NCBI GenBank assembly: GCA_029981435.1
Contig: JARRBB010000004.1
Span: 166-64,165, forward strand
Length of the DNA: 64,000 nt
Origin: Thermotogaceae bacterium
GTDB lineage: Bacteria > Thermotogota > Thermotogae > B21-G9 > HyVt-16
Reading direction: 5' to 3'
Shown: positions 10,154 to 21,566 of the stretch, one piece after another
Position numbering within the stretch: the stretch's first letter is position 1
Layout of the letters: the number at the start of each line of letters is the position of its first letter
The notes under the pieces: model-generated
Told to the model about the DNA's origin: nothing
The model's input: only the letters and a program-made list of their open reading frames with translations
Databases searched by the model: none
Translations under genes and position numbers: made by a program

Positions 10154-11446
10154 TCAATAGAATTCTGCGAGTATTTCATCAATTTGTTTTTTTGCATCTT
10201 TCAAAGCCTCTTGTGCTGTTTTCCTTCCATTCCAAGCTTCCACTATTTCTCTCATTAATATTGTTTTTATCTCCTGGCCCTGAGCTACATTGGGTTCTTG
10301 GTGAGTATGTTCAAGTTCTTTAACAAATACTGATGTATATAAATCATTTAATTCGTCGGTAAAGTATGCTATATCAGATTTTTTTGGTGGTATCGCACCT
10401 ATATTTTTCGCCATGAGTTCTCCCATTCTTGTGAAACCATTCGAATCTACTAATGTCATCCATCTTATAAAATCCCATGCAACTTCTTTATTCTTTGAAG
10501 CATTATCGACACTTATGAACCAAGTGTATCCGACTGTAGCAGGTTTTTTCATATATGGAATCGGTGCAACTCCAACTGTCTCTTCATATTCATCCTTAAA
10601 ACCTAGTTTTAAACTTGTTTCGTACCATGGTGCCATTATCATCATTGCAACCTTGCCCGCTGGAAAACTCCAAACGCTTGCAGCCGGATCAGTTCCACCA
10701 TTTTTGAAAAGTTCCAATTCAGCTTCTAGGGCTTCTATTGCTTCTTTTGAATCGAGTAAACATTCACTAAAATCATCTTTCAAGAATTTTCCATTGTTGC
10801 TGTAAAGAAGTGCTAAATAAGGATGAACAACTGCTGAATCCCAACCTGATAAAAATGCAAAACCGTACTGTGAAATTGTTTCATCCTCATTTCTTTTCGT
10901 CAATTTGGGAGCCATTTCAACCAGTTCATCCCAAGTTTTTGGAGGATTTTCAAAGCCTGCTTCTTTCAAAAGTTTTTTGTTGTATATTAAGGCATAGTTG
11001 TCAACCTCTATAGGTACTCCCCAAATATTTCCGTAGATCGTTGTACCATCTACAGCTGGCTTAACAAAATCGTTTTTAACCTTATCTACAACATCCTTTG
11101 GTGGCGAATCTAGTATCCCAGATTCCACAAGCTGAACACTCCACAAAGAGTAAAGCACGTAAATATCAGCTATTTCACCAGATGTGTGACTTATTAGTAT
11201 TCTTTTCAAGTATTCATCGAATGGAACAGATTGGATTTCAATCTCAACATTAGGATGAAAGGCCATGTATTCTTCTACATACTGTCTCAATCCTTTTTTG
11301 ACCAGATTTCCATTTTCATCTTTCACACCTTCTACCTGATAATCGGACCAATGAACTGCCATGATGAGTTTGGTTTTTCCAAAAACACTAAAAGCCGTTA
11401 AAACCAGCGCGACCACTAACAAAAAAACTATCAATTTTCTCATCAT
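10154..11446 (-). CDS. Extracellular solute-binding protein of a sugar ABC transporter (family 1).
   Basis: N-terminal signal peptide (MMRKLIVFLLVVALVLTAFSVFG). 430 aa, typical SBP composition. Confidence 0.8.
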   Translation of the reverse strand: MMRKLIVFLLVVALVLTAFSVFGKTKLIMAVHWSDYQVEGVKDENGNLVKKGLRQYVEEYMAFHPNVEIEIQSVPFDEYLKRILISHTSGEIADIYVLYSLWSVQLVESGILDSPPKDVVDKVKNDFVKPAVDGTTIYGNIWGVPIEVDNYALIYNKKLLKEAGFENPPKTWDELVEMAPKLTKRNEDETISQYGFAFLSGWDSAVVHPYLALLYSNNGKFLKDDFSECLLDSKEAIEALEAELELFKNGGTDPAASVWSFPAGKVAMMIMAPWYETSLKLGFKDEYEETVGVAPIPYMKKPATVGYTWFISVDNASKNKEVAWDFIRWMTLVDSNGFTRMGELMAKNIGAIPPKKSDIAYFTDELNDLYTSVFVKELEHTHQEPNVAQGQEIKTILMREIVEAWNGRKTAQEALKDAKKQIDEILAEFY

Positions 11447-11469
11447 TCATCCCCTCCATTTTTAAGGAT

Positions 11470-13638
11470 TTATTCAATCAAACAAACAAGAGTTTCTCCT
11501 GCCTCTAAAGAAATATCTGGTAAAATCAGATCGTTTTGATCTTGATGATAACTTAGCATTTTTTTACTCTTGAGATCGGTTATCTTTTTTACTGGGTTTA
11601 GTATTATATTCTTCGAAATTTTTAAATTTAATAGAGCATGATTTTTTGAATGATTAAAGATGTAAATTATCAGCTTCTCATGCGACTTCGTAACTCGAAA
11701 TTCAATTGAATCACGATTACCTTCCAAACATTCAAAATCATAATAAACATTAACTCCTGATCTCAGTATAAGACTTTGAAGGTATCTCAGATTATTGATG
11801 ACAGCAATTTCCTCGTATCCAAGTCCTATCATCGTACCTATCATTACTGTTTTTCCATTGTAGTAATTATTTTCTACTATTACAGGTATGTTTTGATATT
11901 CAGCAACAACTTTGCCAATACTTCTATAAGTACAAAGATACTTAAAAGCTGAGACTTTACCAAACCCCTTAACTGATAATTTGATTTCTCCATCTATTTC
12001 TTTCATCCACAATTCTTCACAACCAAATACTTCATTTAAACCAGCTCCAGGAATTTTTTCACTGAGTATCCCATTCGAGTCCATCCAACCCAATCTTCCG
12101 TCAGCTACAAGTGTTCCACCATTTTTAACATATTTTGTTAAAATTTTTGCTGATTCTTCATCTATTGCTATTGAAAAAGGAAGAAAGATTATCTTGTATT
12201 TTGAAAGGTTTTGGTTTTTCAAATCTTCAAGATGCAGAAAATCTACATTCACGTTTAAATCCATTATGGCTTTATATATCCCAAAGATGTCTTTTCTAAC
12301 AATATCTGCACTGTTGGCTCTCAAACAGGCAAGCATTTTATAAGCTTCAACGTTATACAATATTCCAACTTCAGATTCTAAAGGTTTAGAATTGAGAAAA
12401 AGTCCCATATTCTCAGTAATTATCTTTGAAACATTTCCCGTAGCTATTGCTCTCTCATTGAATTCACCATCATAATTACTCAATCCGAATCCTGAAATTT
12501 CGTATCCACAACTCATCGGTAACCAAGCATAGTAATTTAATCCTTTTGCATTACGTGAAACAGCCAACCAAGCCCATCTTTCAACATCTTTTTCATCAAC
12601 AGGCTCTCCAAATCTTAATCCTGTTACACCATGTCCGGTCTGAAGTTCCCCAATCCAAAAACTTTTTTCTCTACTCTCACACGAAGATCTGCTTGCATCA
12701 AGTGCTACACCCATTTGATGAGGTTTCAAAGGCATCCAAGGACCCGTATGTTTAGGATAAAATGATGTTCCCCAAACATCTACTTTCTCTGACAATTTCC
12801 AATCATCAGAAGCTCCATATCCTATCCCTGGAATACCATATATACATGATATTGCTGCATGACTTGAAACTATATGCTTCTTGTCCACTGATTTAATTGT
12901 TTGAGTCTTCCATTCAAGGTCCTCCGCTATCTTTTCTATGTTGAATTGAATCCAATCAAGCAAATCTTTAAAAGATGAAAGTGAGACATATCTTGGTGCT
13001 ATAACTTCATCCCAATTTCTGTGTTTTCTATACCAAACTTTGTTTAAAATATCGATAGAACCGTATTTCTTTTTTAGCCACTCGATGAATCTTTTTTGTG
13101 AATTTTGACAATAACAGAACCATGGTTCTTTCATATAATCGATCCATGACCATTGAACTATGTGAGGTTCTGACCAAATGTCCCAAGCATAAAAAAATTC
13201 ATGTTTCGATACAACTTCTGCAAGTTTTACAAGATATTCATTGATATGTTTTCTAACTTCCGGATGATCTGAACAATAACCAGGAGATGCCTGTGAATGT
13301 ATCTTTAAACCTGATCTATCCTCAAAAAGCGAGTCTGGATATTCATATTCAACCCAGTTAGGAGCTGAATCAGTGTAAACCTGAACGATTGCTTTGATCC
13401 CAAGTTTATCAGTGATCGAGAGCAATGTTTCTATAACTTCAAAATTCCAAAAATATGGTTTTGGCTCAGCAGTTGCCCAATCGTACCAAAATCTTATTGA
13501 ATTAAAGCCGAGTTTTTTTACATTTTCTATGTCCTTTATTACTTTATCAATATCATTTATTTCCTGTATCATTGGTGCTCTTGCTCTACTTGCACCATAC
13601 CAAACAGAAACAGGAAAAAAATCATATGTGACTTTCAA
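11470..13638 (-). CDS. GH42-like glycoside hydrolase (beta-galactosidase-family TIM barrel plus trimerisation-like and C-terminal domains).
   Basis: 722 aa. The N-terminus FFPVSVWYGASRA...LGFNSIRF and WDIWSEPH fit the clan GH-A acid/base region. WIGELQTGHGVTG resembles the GH42 nucleophile motif (MEQQPGPVNW). Family assigned from memory. Confidence 0.55.
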   Translation of the reverse strand: MKVTYDFFPVSVWYGASRARAPMIQEINDIDKVIKDIENVKKLGFNSIRFWYDWATAEPKPYFWNFEVIETLLSITDKLGIKAIVQVYTDSAPNWVEYEYPDSLFEDRSGLKIHSQASPGYCSDHPEVRKHINEYLVKLAEVVSKHEFFYAWDIWSEPHIVQWSWIDYMKEPWFCYCQNSQKRFIEWLKKKYGSIDILNKVWYRKHRNWDEVIAPRYVSLSSFKDLLDWIQFNIEKIAEDLEWKTQTIKSVDKKHIVSSHAAISCIYGIPGIGYGASDDWKLSEKVDVWGTSFYPKHTGPWMPLKPHQMGVALDASRSSCESREKSFWIGELQTGHGVTGLRFGEPVDEKDVERWAWLAVSRNAKGLNYYAWLPMSCGYEISGFGLSNYDGEFNERAIATGNVSKIITENMGLFLNSKPLESEVGILYNVEAYKMLACLRANSADIVRKDIFGIYKAIMDLNVNVDFLHLEDLKNQNLSKYKIIFLPFSIAIDEESAKILTKYVKNGGTLVADGRLGWMDSNGILSEKIPGAGLNEVFGCEELWMKEIDGEIKLSVKGFGKVSAFKYLCTYRSIGKVVAEYQNIPVIVENNYYNGKTVMIGTMIGLGYEEIAVINNLRYLQSLILRSGVNVYYDFECLEGNRDSIEFRVTKSHEKLIIYIFNHSKNHALLNLKISKNIILNPVKKITDLKSKKMLSYHQDQNDLILPDISLEAGETLVCLIE

Positions 13639-13676
13639 AGTAACCCTCCCCTTCTTTGTTACCTTATTTAATATTA

Positions 13677-14450
13677 TTAATCATAATGATTTCGAATTAC
13701 TCTTTGATACTCATCGAAAACTTTTAAGTTATAATCAACTCCAAAGCCCTCTACATTTGGTGAAACAAAGATCTTCAATTCTTTTCCTTTATTGTTTAAT
13801 ATAAAAGCAGTTTCAGCTATCAAAGACATTGTTATAGCCATTGCAGCAATTGTGGAAACAGCAGCAACCTTTTCTTTTCGACCTTCTAAAGCTATAAGTG
13901 CATCCTCAGGCGGTACACAATTATCTATAGTTATATCCGCAATATCTGAGAGCTTTTTTCCAGAACTGTGTGTAGGCCGCGAAATATTCTGATTCGTCAT
14001 AGAGGTAATAGCTATGACGGTTGTTCCAACTTTCTTACCATATAATGCTGCTTCTATCGGTGCCGCATTGAGACCGCCATGCGAGTAAACAACTAAAATA
14101 TCGCCACTTTTTATAGGTTGGTATCTCAAAAATCCATCAGCCACGTAATTTTCTTTTCTCTCAACTAATAAAAGTCCAGGTGCACTCGCAGGTCCTGTTG
14201 CACTGAACCACATTAATCGAGGATCTATTAATGGATTCAAACCTATAAAACTTCCATATCTCGGAAAAACATCCATAACCGGTAGAATAGAATGTCCACT
14301 CCCGAAAAAGTGTACTATACCATCGTTTGATATACATTCTGCCATTAGATTAGAAACCCTAACGATCTTTTCTTTCTGGTCATTTTTAATTTTTTCCAAG
14401 ATTTCCTGTAACCTTTTAATGTAAGTCTCAAATGCTGACAATATCATCAC
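13677..14450 (-). CDS. SIS-domain protein, UPF0309-like (putative phosphosugar isomerase or binding protein).
   Basis: 257 aa. GSGHS and SHGGLNAAPIE motifs are typical of SIS/UPF0309 proteins. It sits between the ROK kinase and the GH42-like gene. Confidence 0.55.
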   Translation of the reverse strand: MMILSAFETYIKRLQEILEKIKNDQKEKIVRVSNLMAECISNDGIVHFFGSGHSILPVMDVFPRYGSFIGLNPLIDPRLMWFSATGPASAPGLLLVERKENYVADGFLRYQPIKSGDILVVYSHGGLNAAPIEAALYGKKVGTTVIAITSMTNQNISRPTHSSGKKLSDIADITIDNCVPPEDALIALEGRKEKVAAVSTIAAMAITMSLIAETAFILNNKGKELKIFVSPNVEGFGVDYNLKVFDEYQRVIRNHYD

Positions 14451-15345
14451 TCCCTCTTATTTGATCTAAAATATATTTTGTACACCCTATAATTTGTGCG
14501 TTCTCACCCAATTCAGAAACTTCCATATGACAATTTCTTACCAAAGGACTTGACTCATTTTCAAAAATTCTTAGTGCTTCCTTCTTGAAGTGGTGCCATT
14601 TTTTGCCTATACTTCCTCCGAAAATTATCAGTTCTGGATTCAAAATATTAGCTATTATTGCTATCAATTTTCCTAAAACTATAGAAGTCTCTTTGATGAT
14701 TACTTGAGCACATTTATCTTTGGTTTTATCATAAAGCTCGAAGATGCTATTTGTATTTTTTAGTATTCCTCCACAAGAAGCTTTAAATCGCTTTAAAATT
14801 GCCGGACCTGAAATAAAGTTTTCAATAGTAACAGGATATCTATATCCCGGAATTTTAAAATTGATAGAATCTAAACTTATCCATCCCACTGAGCCAGCTA
14901 CATTTTGGTGCCCTTTTATAATCTTTCCTTCTGCCATTATTCCAAGACCAACACCGGTTCCAATTATCAAGTATCCAACGTTTTTAAAATCTTTTGCTTT
15001 ACCCTTCCAGACTTCTCCCAATATTCCTGCTACTCTGTCATCTATACAACAGATATCTATTCCTATAGATCTCTGAATCGAATCTTTTAAGTTATACCAA
15101 GATTCACCAAAAACGTTCGGTAACCAAACCATTTCTTTTTCATTCACTGCCCCAGCAACTGAAACACAACCATATTTTGGCTTAAATTTCCTCCAAATCT
15201 CCTTAAATTCTCCAACAACTATTTTCAGTAATTCTTCAGGCTCCTTCGGTGTTGAATATTTTTTCTTATAATGAATGATTCCTTTATCATCAACTAATGC
15301 TATCCTTAGATTTGTTCCACCTATATCTGAAACAAATAAATACAT
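14428..15345 (-). CDS. ROK-family sugar kinase (glucokinase / N-acetylglucosamine kinase-like).
   Basis: The N-terminus after the chosen ATG at 15345 is MYLFVSDIGGTNLRIALVD. GGAAGTG SD. The ORF track's longer form adds 14 residues with no SD. Confidence 0.8.
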   Translation of the reverse strand: MYLFVSDIGGTNLRIALVDDKGIIHYKKKYSTPKEPEELLKIVVGEFKEIWRKFKPKYGCVSVAGAVNEKEMVWLPNVFGESWYNLKDSIQRSIGIDICCIDDRVAGILGEVWKGKAKDFKNVGYLIIGTGVGLGIMAEGKIIKGHQNVAGSVGWISLDSINFKIPGYRYPVTIENFISGPAILKRFKASCGGILKNTNSIFELYDKTKDKCAQVIIKETSIVLGKLIAIIANILNPELIIFGGSIGKKWHHFKKEALRIFENESSPLVRNCHMEVSELGENAQIIGCTKYILDQIRGSDDIVSI

Positions 15346-15349
15346 TATT

Positions 15350-16081
15350 TCACTTCCTAAGATGAATTTGAACAGAATATTTGTCACTTCTTATAACTGA
15401 CTGGGTATACTCTATGGGATTTCCGGTAACATCATAAGCCACTCTCTCCACTATGAATCCAGCAAAAGGCCATTTTACCTTTAAAAGTTTACATTCATGT
15501 TTATCAAGGATAGTTGAGTAATATTTTTCATCGGCTGAGCGAATTTTTAATCCATATCTGTCTTCAAGAAGTTTGTAAAGTGAACCTGTAAGGTCATTTT
15601 CAAAAAAGTTGGGCACTAGATACTCAGGACAATAAAATATTTGTATTCCTACTGGTTCATTATTAATAAGCCTTAACCGTTTCACAAAAACTACATTGGT
15701 TCCTATCTCTAAATTCAATATATTAGAAATTTTTTCGTCAGCTTCTTCAATGCCCTTTTCAAGAACAATAGAACCAGGTTTAAATCCCTTTGAGATTAAC
15801 TCTTCGGTGAAACTCGTTAATCTCCTTGGCCCCTGCTTGATTCGCGAATCAACAACAAAAGTCCCTTTACCTTGTCTTTTAATCAAAAAGCCTTCTTCTA
15901 CCAATAAAGAAACTGCTTGCCTTACGACTGCTTTACTAACTCCGAAGATTTTTGATAATTCTTGCTCAGTAGGTATTTTTTGACCTGCTTTCCAATTTCC
16001 CGATAATATATTCTTTCTAAGTATTTCCTTTAATTGATGATAAAGTGGTTCTGAAGAGTAATGATCTATTCTTTGAGACAA
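15350..16081 (-). CDS. GntR-family transcriptional regulator, HutC subfamily (wHTH plus UTRA effector domain).
   Basis: N-terminal GntR HTH (LYHQLKEILRKNILSGNWKAGQKIPTEQELSKIFGVSKAVVRQAVSLLVEEGFL) and a C-terminal UTRA-like domain. A TTG start at 16081 follows a GAGGTG SD. Confidence 0.8.
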   Translation of the reverse strand: MSQRIDHYSSEPLYHQLKEILRKNILSGNWKAGQKIPTEQELSKIFGVSKAVVRQAVSLLVEEGFLIKRQGKGTFVVDSRIKQGPRRLTSFTEELISKGFKPGSIVLEKGIEEADEKISNILNLEIGTNVVFVKRLRLINNEPVGIQIFYCPEYLVPNFFENDLTGSLYKLLEDRYGLKIRSADEKYYSTILDKHECKLLKVKWPFAGFIVERVAYDVTGNPIEYTQSVIRSDKYSVQIHLRK

Positions 16082-16112
16082 TTTATTCACCTCAAAAACT
16101 TAGTAATAAAAT

Positions 16113-16137
16113 TTATAATCATTATAATCAATATAAT
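16113..16137. repeat. Tandem direct repeats TTATAATCA x2 plus ATATAAT in the divergent GntR / DUF721-gyrB intergenic region. Candidate operator and/or overlapping -10 elements.
   Basis: Read directly: atTTATAATCAtTATAATCAatATAATtaa. Confidence 0.3.
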
Positions 16138-16186
16138 TAATTTTGTCAATAAATATTTCGAATTTTATTCGTGATATAATTATTTC

Positions 16187-18383
<2,197 letters not shown>

Positions 18384-18408
18384 TGTGGGGGGCGCGGAGG
18401 TTTTACTA

Positions 18409-19098
18409 TTGCGCGAAAAGGTTTCGAGAATCTATGGATTTTTTTTAATACTTGTTGCATTAGGTTTACTTGGGCGAATAGCCTTTTTGATTTCCACAAA
18501 TGGGCTAAAAATAAATAAAATAACCTTTGAAAATAATTATGAATTCATCTCAAAGAGATTTATTGAAAATTCCCTTATGCTCTGGACAAAACCAGATTTT
18601 GCTTATTTGAAAAAAAATATATGGGAAATGGAACCTTATGTAAAGAATTTTAAGTTAGAAGGTAATGAACTGATTTTAAACTTGAGAGCTCCCTTTTTAG
18701 TTGTTAAAAATTGCAAAAATTTTTTTTTAATATCAGAAGACGGTGTGTTTTTGGAAAAATTAAAGTATGAAGAACTTTTGAGAATAAACCTGCCTATATT
18801 GAATTTAGATAATAATTGTCAGAGTTTCTTAGAAAGAAGAATAAAAGATGAAGAAGTTATTAAGTTTTTAAAAGATTTATCCAAAATATCAAAAGAAAAC
18901 TTTGGATTAATTTCTGAAATAGATTTTGAAGGAATGAAAGTCTTCTTGAGAAAAGGGATTATTTTGAAAGTTAACGAATGGTCAAATTTTATTGAAAATT
19001 CTGGTATAATCGATGATGTACTGAAGTCTCAAGATAAGGGCACAGTTATTCAGCTTCTCAGCAATGGAAGACTACTCATTTTATCGGAGGAGAGGTGA
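18409..19098 (+). CDS. ftsQ: FtsQ/DivIB-like cell-division protein (TM anchor plus POTRA-like domain).
   Basis: N-terminal TM (IYGFFLILVALGLLGRIAFLI) followed by a POTRA-like region (ELILNLRAPFLVVKNCKNFFLISEDGVFL). Directly upstream of ftsA-ftsZ. A TTG start at 18409 follows GGAGG. Confidence 0.55.
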   Translation: MREKVSRIYGFFLILVALGLLGRIAFLISTNGLKINKITFENNYEFISKRFIENSLMLWTKPDFAYLKKNIWEMEPYVKNFKLEGNELILNLRAPFLVVKNCKNFFLISEDGVFLEKLKYEELLRINLPILNLDNNCQSFLERRIKDEEVIKFLKDLSKISKENFGLISEIDFEGMKVFLRKGIILKVNEWSNFIENSGIIDDVLKSQDKGTVIQLLSNGRLLILSEER

Positions 19099-19104
19099 TT
19101 TTTA

Positions 19105-20463
19105 GTGCCCCGTGGTTTCTTAGTAACGGCTATCGATATAGGTTCAAGTAGAATCAAGGGTGTTGTCGGTGAGATCAATGATGAGAAGATAGAAATAAAA
19201 GCTTTTGCAACCATAAATTCAAGAGGAATAGAAAATGGTGAAATTAAAGATGCTGTTGCCTTCAAGGATTCTATTGAAAATTTACTTGTTGAACTTGAAA
19301 CTCAAGAACCCAGACAGCCCGATTCGTATTTTTGTGTTACTTTCTCAACACCTTCCACAAGTCTCAAGATTTCAAATACAGAAGAACGTTTCAGCGAGCG
19401 TCGCGTTATTGATGATGAAATAGTTATCGAATTGTTAGAGAGATTCACTGCTGAAAAGTCAAAAAGTGATGAAATGTCACTTCATAACGATAGTAACGAT
19501 AATAAAGAAAATTCTGAAAATTCAGATAAAAAAGAAAAGCTGAGTTTTTCCCCTCTTTTAAACGAACATAAAACCTTACACGTTGTTCCCAAAAGATACA
19601 TAATAGATGGAGTGAAGAATGTTTCTAATCCAATAGATATGGAAGCTTCGATATTGGGGATAGAAGCTTCTCTAATAACTGTGGACAAAGTCCAGCTGGA
19701 TGCGTTGAAAAAATTGCTTGAGGATACAAATGTAATTGATCCAATTTTTTATTCTCCAACATTTGCTGCTTCCGAATTATTACTGAGTGTTGAAGAGAAA
19801 GAACGTGGTACAGTATGTTTAAATATCGGATATTCGTCTACTGATTTCATAGTCTATTTCAACGGCGTCCCGGTTTACATGCAATCGATTCTCCTTGGAA
19901 TGAAGAACGTCATAAGAGATATTGCACAGGTTCTTGAAACATCTTTTGAAGAAGCAGAAAGACTTCTAATTCAACATGGCCTTTCCTCATATGAAATGGT
20001 AAAAGAAGATATAAAAATTCCTTATATGATGCTTGATGGTAAAACACAAAATGAAGTCAGTTTGAAAAAACTGGCTTTGATAATCTACGCAAGACTTAGA
20101 GAAATACTTGGAAATGTGAAACGAGAGATCAGAAAAGCGGAAAACACCATAAATCAACAGGGCGGAAGTGGAATTCCGGGTGGAATAGTTATTATAGGTG
20201 GTGGAGCGAAAGTAAGAGGTATAGTTGAAACTGCTATTGAGATATTCAAACTTCCTGTAAGAGTTGGTAAAGTTGAAAAAGTTGAAGATGTCGAGCTTAT
20301 TGATGAGGCAAGAATCTGCGAAGATCCTATTTATCTACCAGGAATTGGAAGTATCTTATTGTTTTATAATGAGGAAATGGAATTTGAAATGGAAGGTCCA
20401 CGCAAAAGAAAAAGTGAGGGACTTTTCAAAAAGCTTTGGGAGCTTTTCAAGAAATTAGTATGA
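19105..20463 (+). CDS. ftsA: Cell division protein FtsA.
   Basis: Actin-like ATPase N-terminus AIDIGSSRIKGVVGE; gene order ftsA-ftsZ. Contains a low-complexity acidic insertion of about 40 aa (DSNDNKENSENSDKKEK). Confidence 0.9.
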   Translation: MPRGFLVTAIDIGSSRIKGVVGEINDEKIEIKAFATINSRGIENGEIKDAVAFKDSIENLLVELETQEPRQPDSYFCVTFSTPSTSLKISNTEERFSERRVIDDEIVIELLERFTAEKSKSDEMSLHNDSNDNKENSENSDKKEKLSFSPLLNEHKTLHVVPKRYIIDGVKNVSNPIDMEASILGIEASLITVDKVQLDALKKLLEDTNVIDPIFYSPTFAASELLLSVEEKERGTVCLNIGYSSTDFIVYFNGVPVYMQSILLGMKNVIRDIAQVLETSFEEAERLLIQHGLSSYEMVKEDIKIPYMMLDGKTQNEVSLKKLALIIYARLREILGNVKREIRKAENTINQQGGSGIPGGIVIIGGGAKVRGIVETAIEIFKLPVRVGKVEKVEDVELIDEARICEDPIYLPGIGSILLFYNEEMEFEMEGPRKRKSEGLFKKLWELFKKLV

Positions 20464-20484
20464 TTTCTTAGGGAGGGAGAAGGC

Positions 20485-21537
20485 GTGGCATTTGAGATTT
20501 ATGATGAAAGCCTTATTAAAAACGATGAAAAAAGACAACCAAAGAGAAAACCGATAATAAAAGTTATAGGTATTGGTGGAGCAGGTAACAATGCTATAAA
20601 TAGAATGGTTGATGCTGGGATAGATGGTGTTGTATTTGTAGCGGCAAATACAGATCTACAGGTTTTAGAAAATTGTAAAGCTGATGTGTTGATTCCGCTT
20701 GGTAAAGATGGAATGGGAGCAGGTGGAGAACCTCAAAGAGGTGAACAGGCTACTCTGGAAAGTAAAGAAAAAATAGTTGAAAGTCTTGAAGATGCAGACA
20801 TGCTGTTTATAACAGCCGGTTTGGGTGGTGGAACCGGAACTGGTGGAGCGCCTGTTGTAGCAGAGATTGCTAAAGAAATGGGTATACTCACTGTAGCGAT
20901 AGTAACAACTCCGTTTTATTTTGAAGGCAACAAAAGATGGAAAATAGCCATGGAAGGTTTAAGCAAGCTTAAAGGTAGAGTCGATACGCTGATAAAGATT
21001 TCCAATAATAAACTCCTTGAAGAAGTTGATGATGAAACTACAACTATAGAAGCATTCAGAAAAGCTGATGAAACCCTCATGCAAGGAATAAGAGGAATTT
21101 CCGAATTGATAACCAAAAGAGGATACATCAATCTTGACTTTGCAGACATAAACGCTGTTATGAGGGGTGCAGGTACAGCAATGCTTGGAATAGGTATAGG
21201 AAAAGGTGAAAACAGGGCAATCGATGCAGCTAAGAATGCTATGGAAAGTAGATTACTTGAACAACCTGTTGAAAATGCCACTGCCATAATTTTGAACATA
21301 TCGGCTCCAGAAAACGTTAAACTCAAGGAAATGCATATGGCTGCTGCTATAATTAAACAAAAATGCAGTGAACAGGCTGATGTGAGGCTTGGATTAATAA
21401 TAGACGACAGTATAAGCGATGACGAGATGAGAGTGACTCTAATAGCAACAGGTTTTGAAGAAGGCGAGAAAGAGGTCTTTCAAGATAATGATATTCCGGC
21501 AATCTACAGGATGGGACTTGATTGGGGCGAAGATTAG
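20485..21537 (+). CDS. ftsZ: Cell division protein FtsZ.
   Basis: Tubulin signature GGGTGTGG and N-terminus [15 protein letters not shown]. Confidence 0.95.
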   Translation: MAFEIYDESLIKNDEKRQPKRKPIIKVIGIGGAGNNAINRMVDAGIDGVVFVAANTDLQVLENCKADVLIPLGKDGMGAGGEPQRGEQATLESKEKIVESLEDADMLFITAGLGGGTGTGGAPVVAEIAKEMGILTVAIVTTPFYFEGNKRWKIAMEGLSKLKGRVDTLIKISNNKLLEEVDDETTTIEAFRKADETLMQGIRGISELITKRGYINLDFADINAVMRGAGTAMLGIGIGKGENRAIDAAKNAMESRLLEQPVENATAIILNISAPENVKLKEMHMAAAIIKQKCSEQADVRLGLIIDDSISDDEMRVTLIATGFEEGEKEVFQDNDIPAIYRMGLDWGED

Positions 21538-21566
21538 AATATTGAGTTTTCATTTGGAGTGATTTC

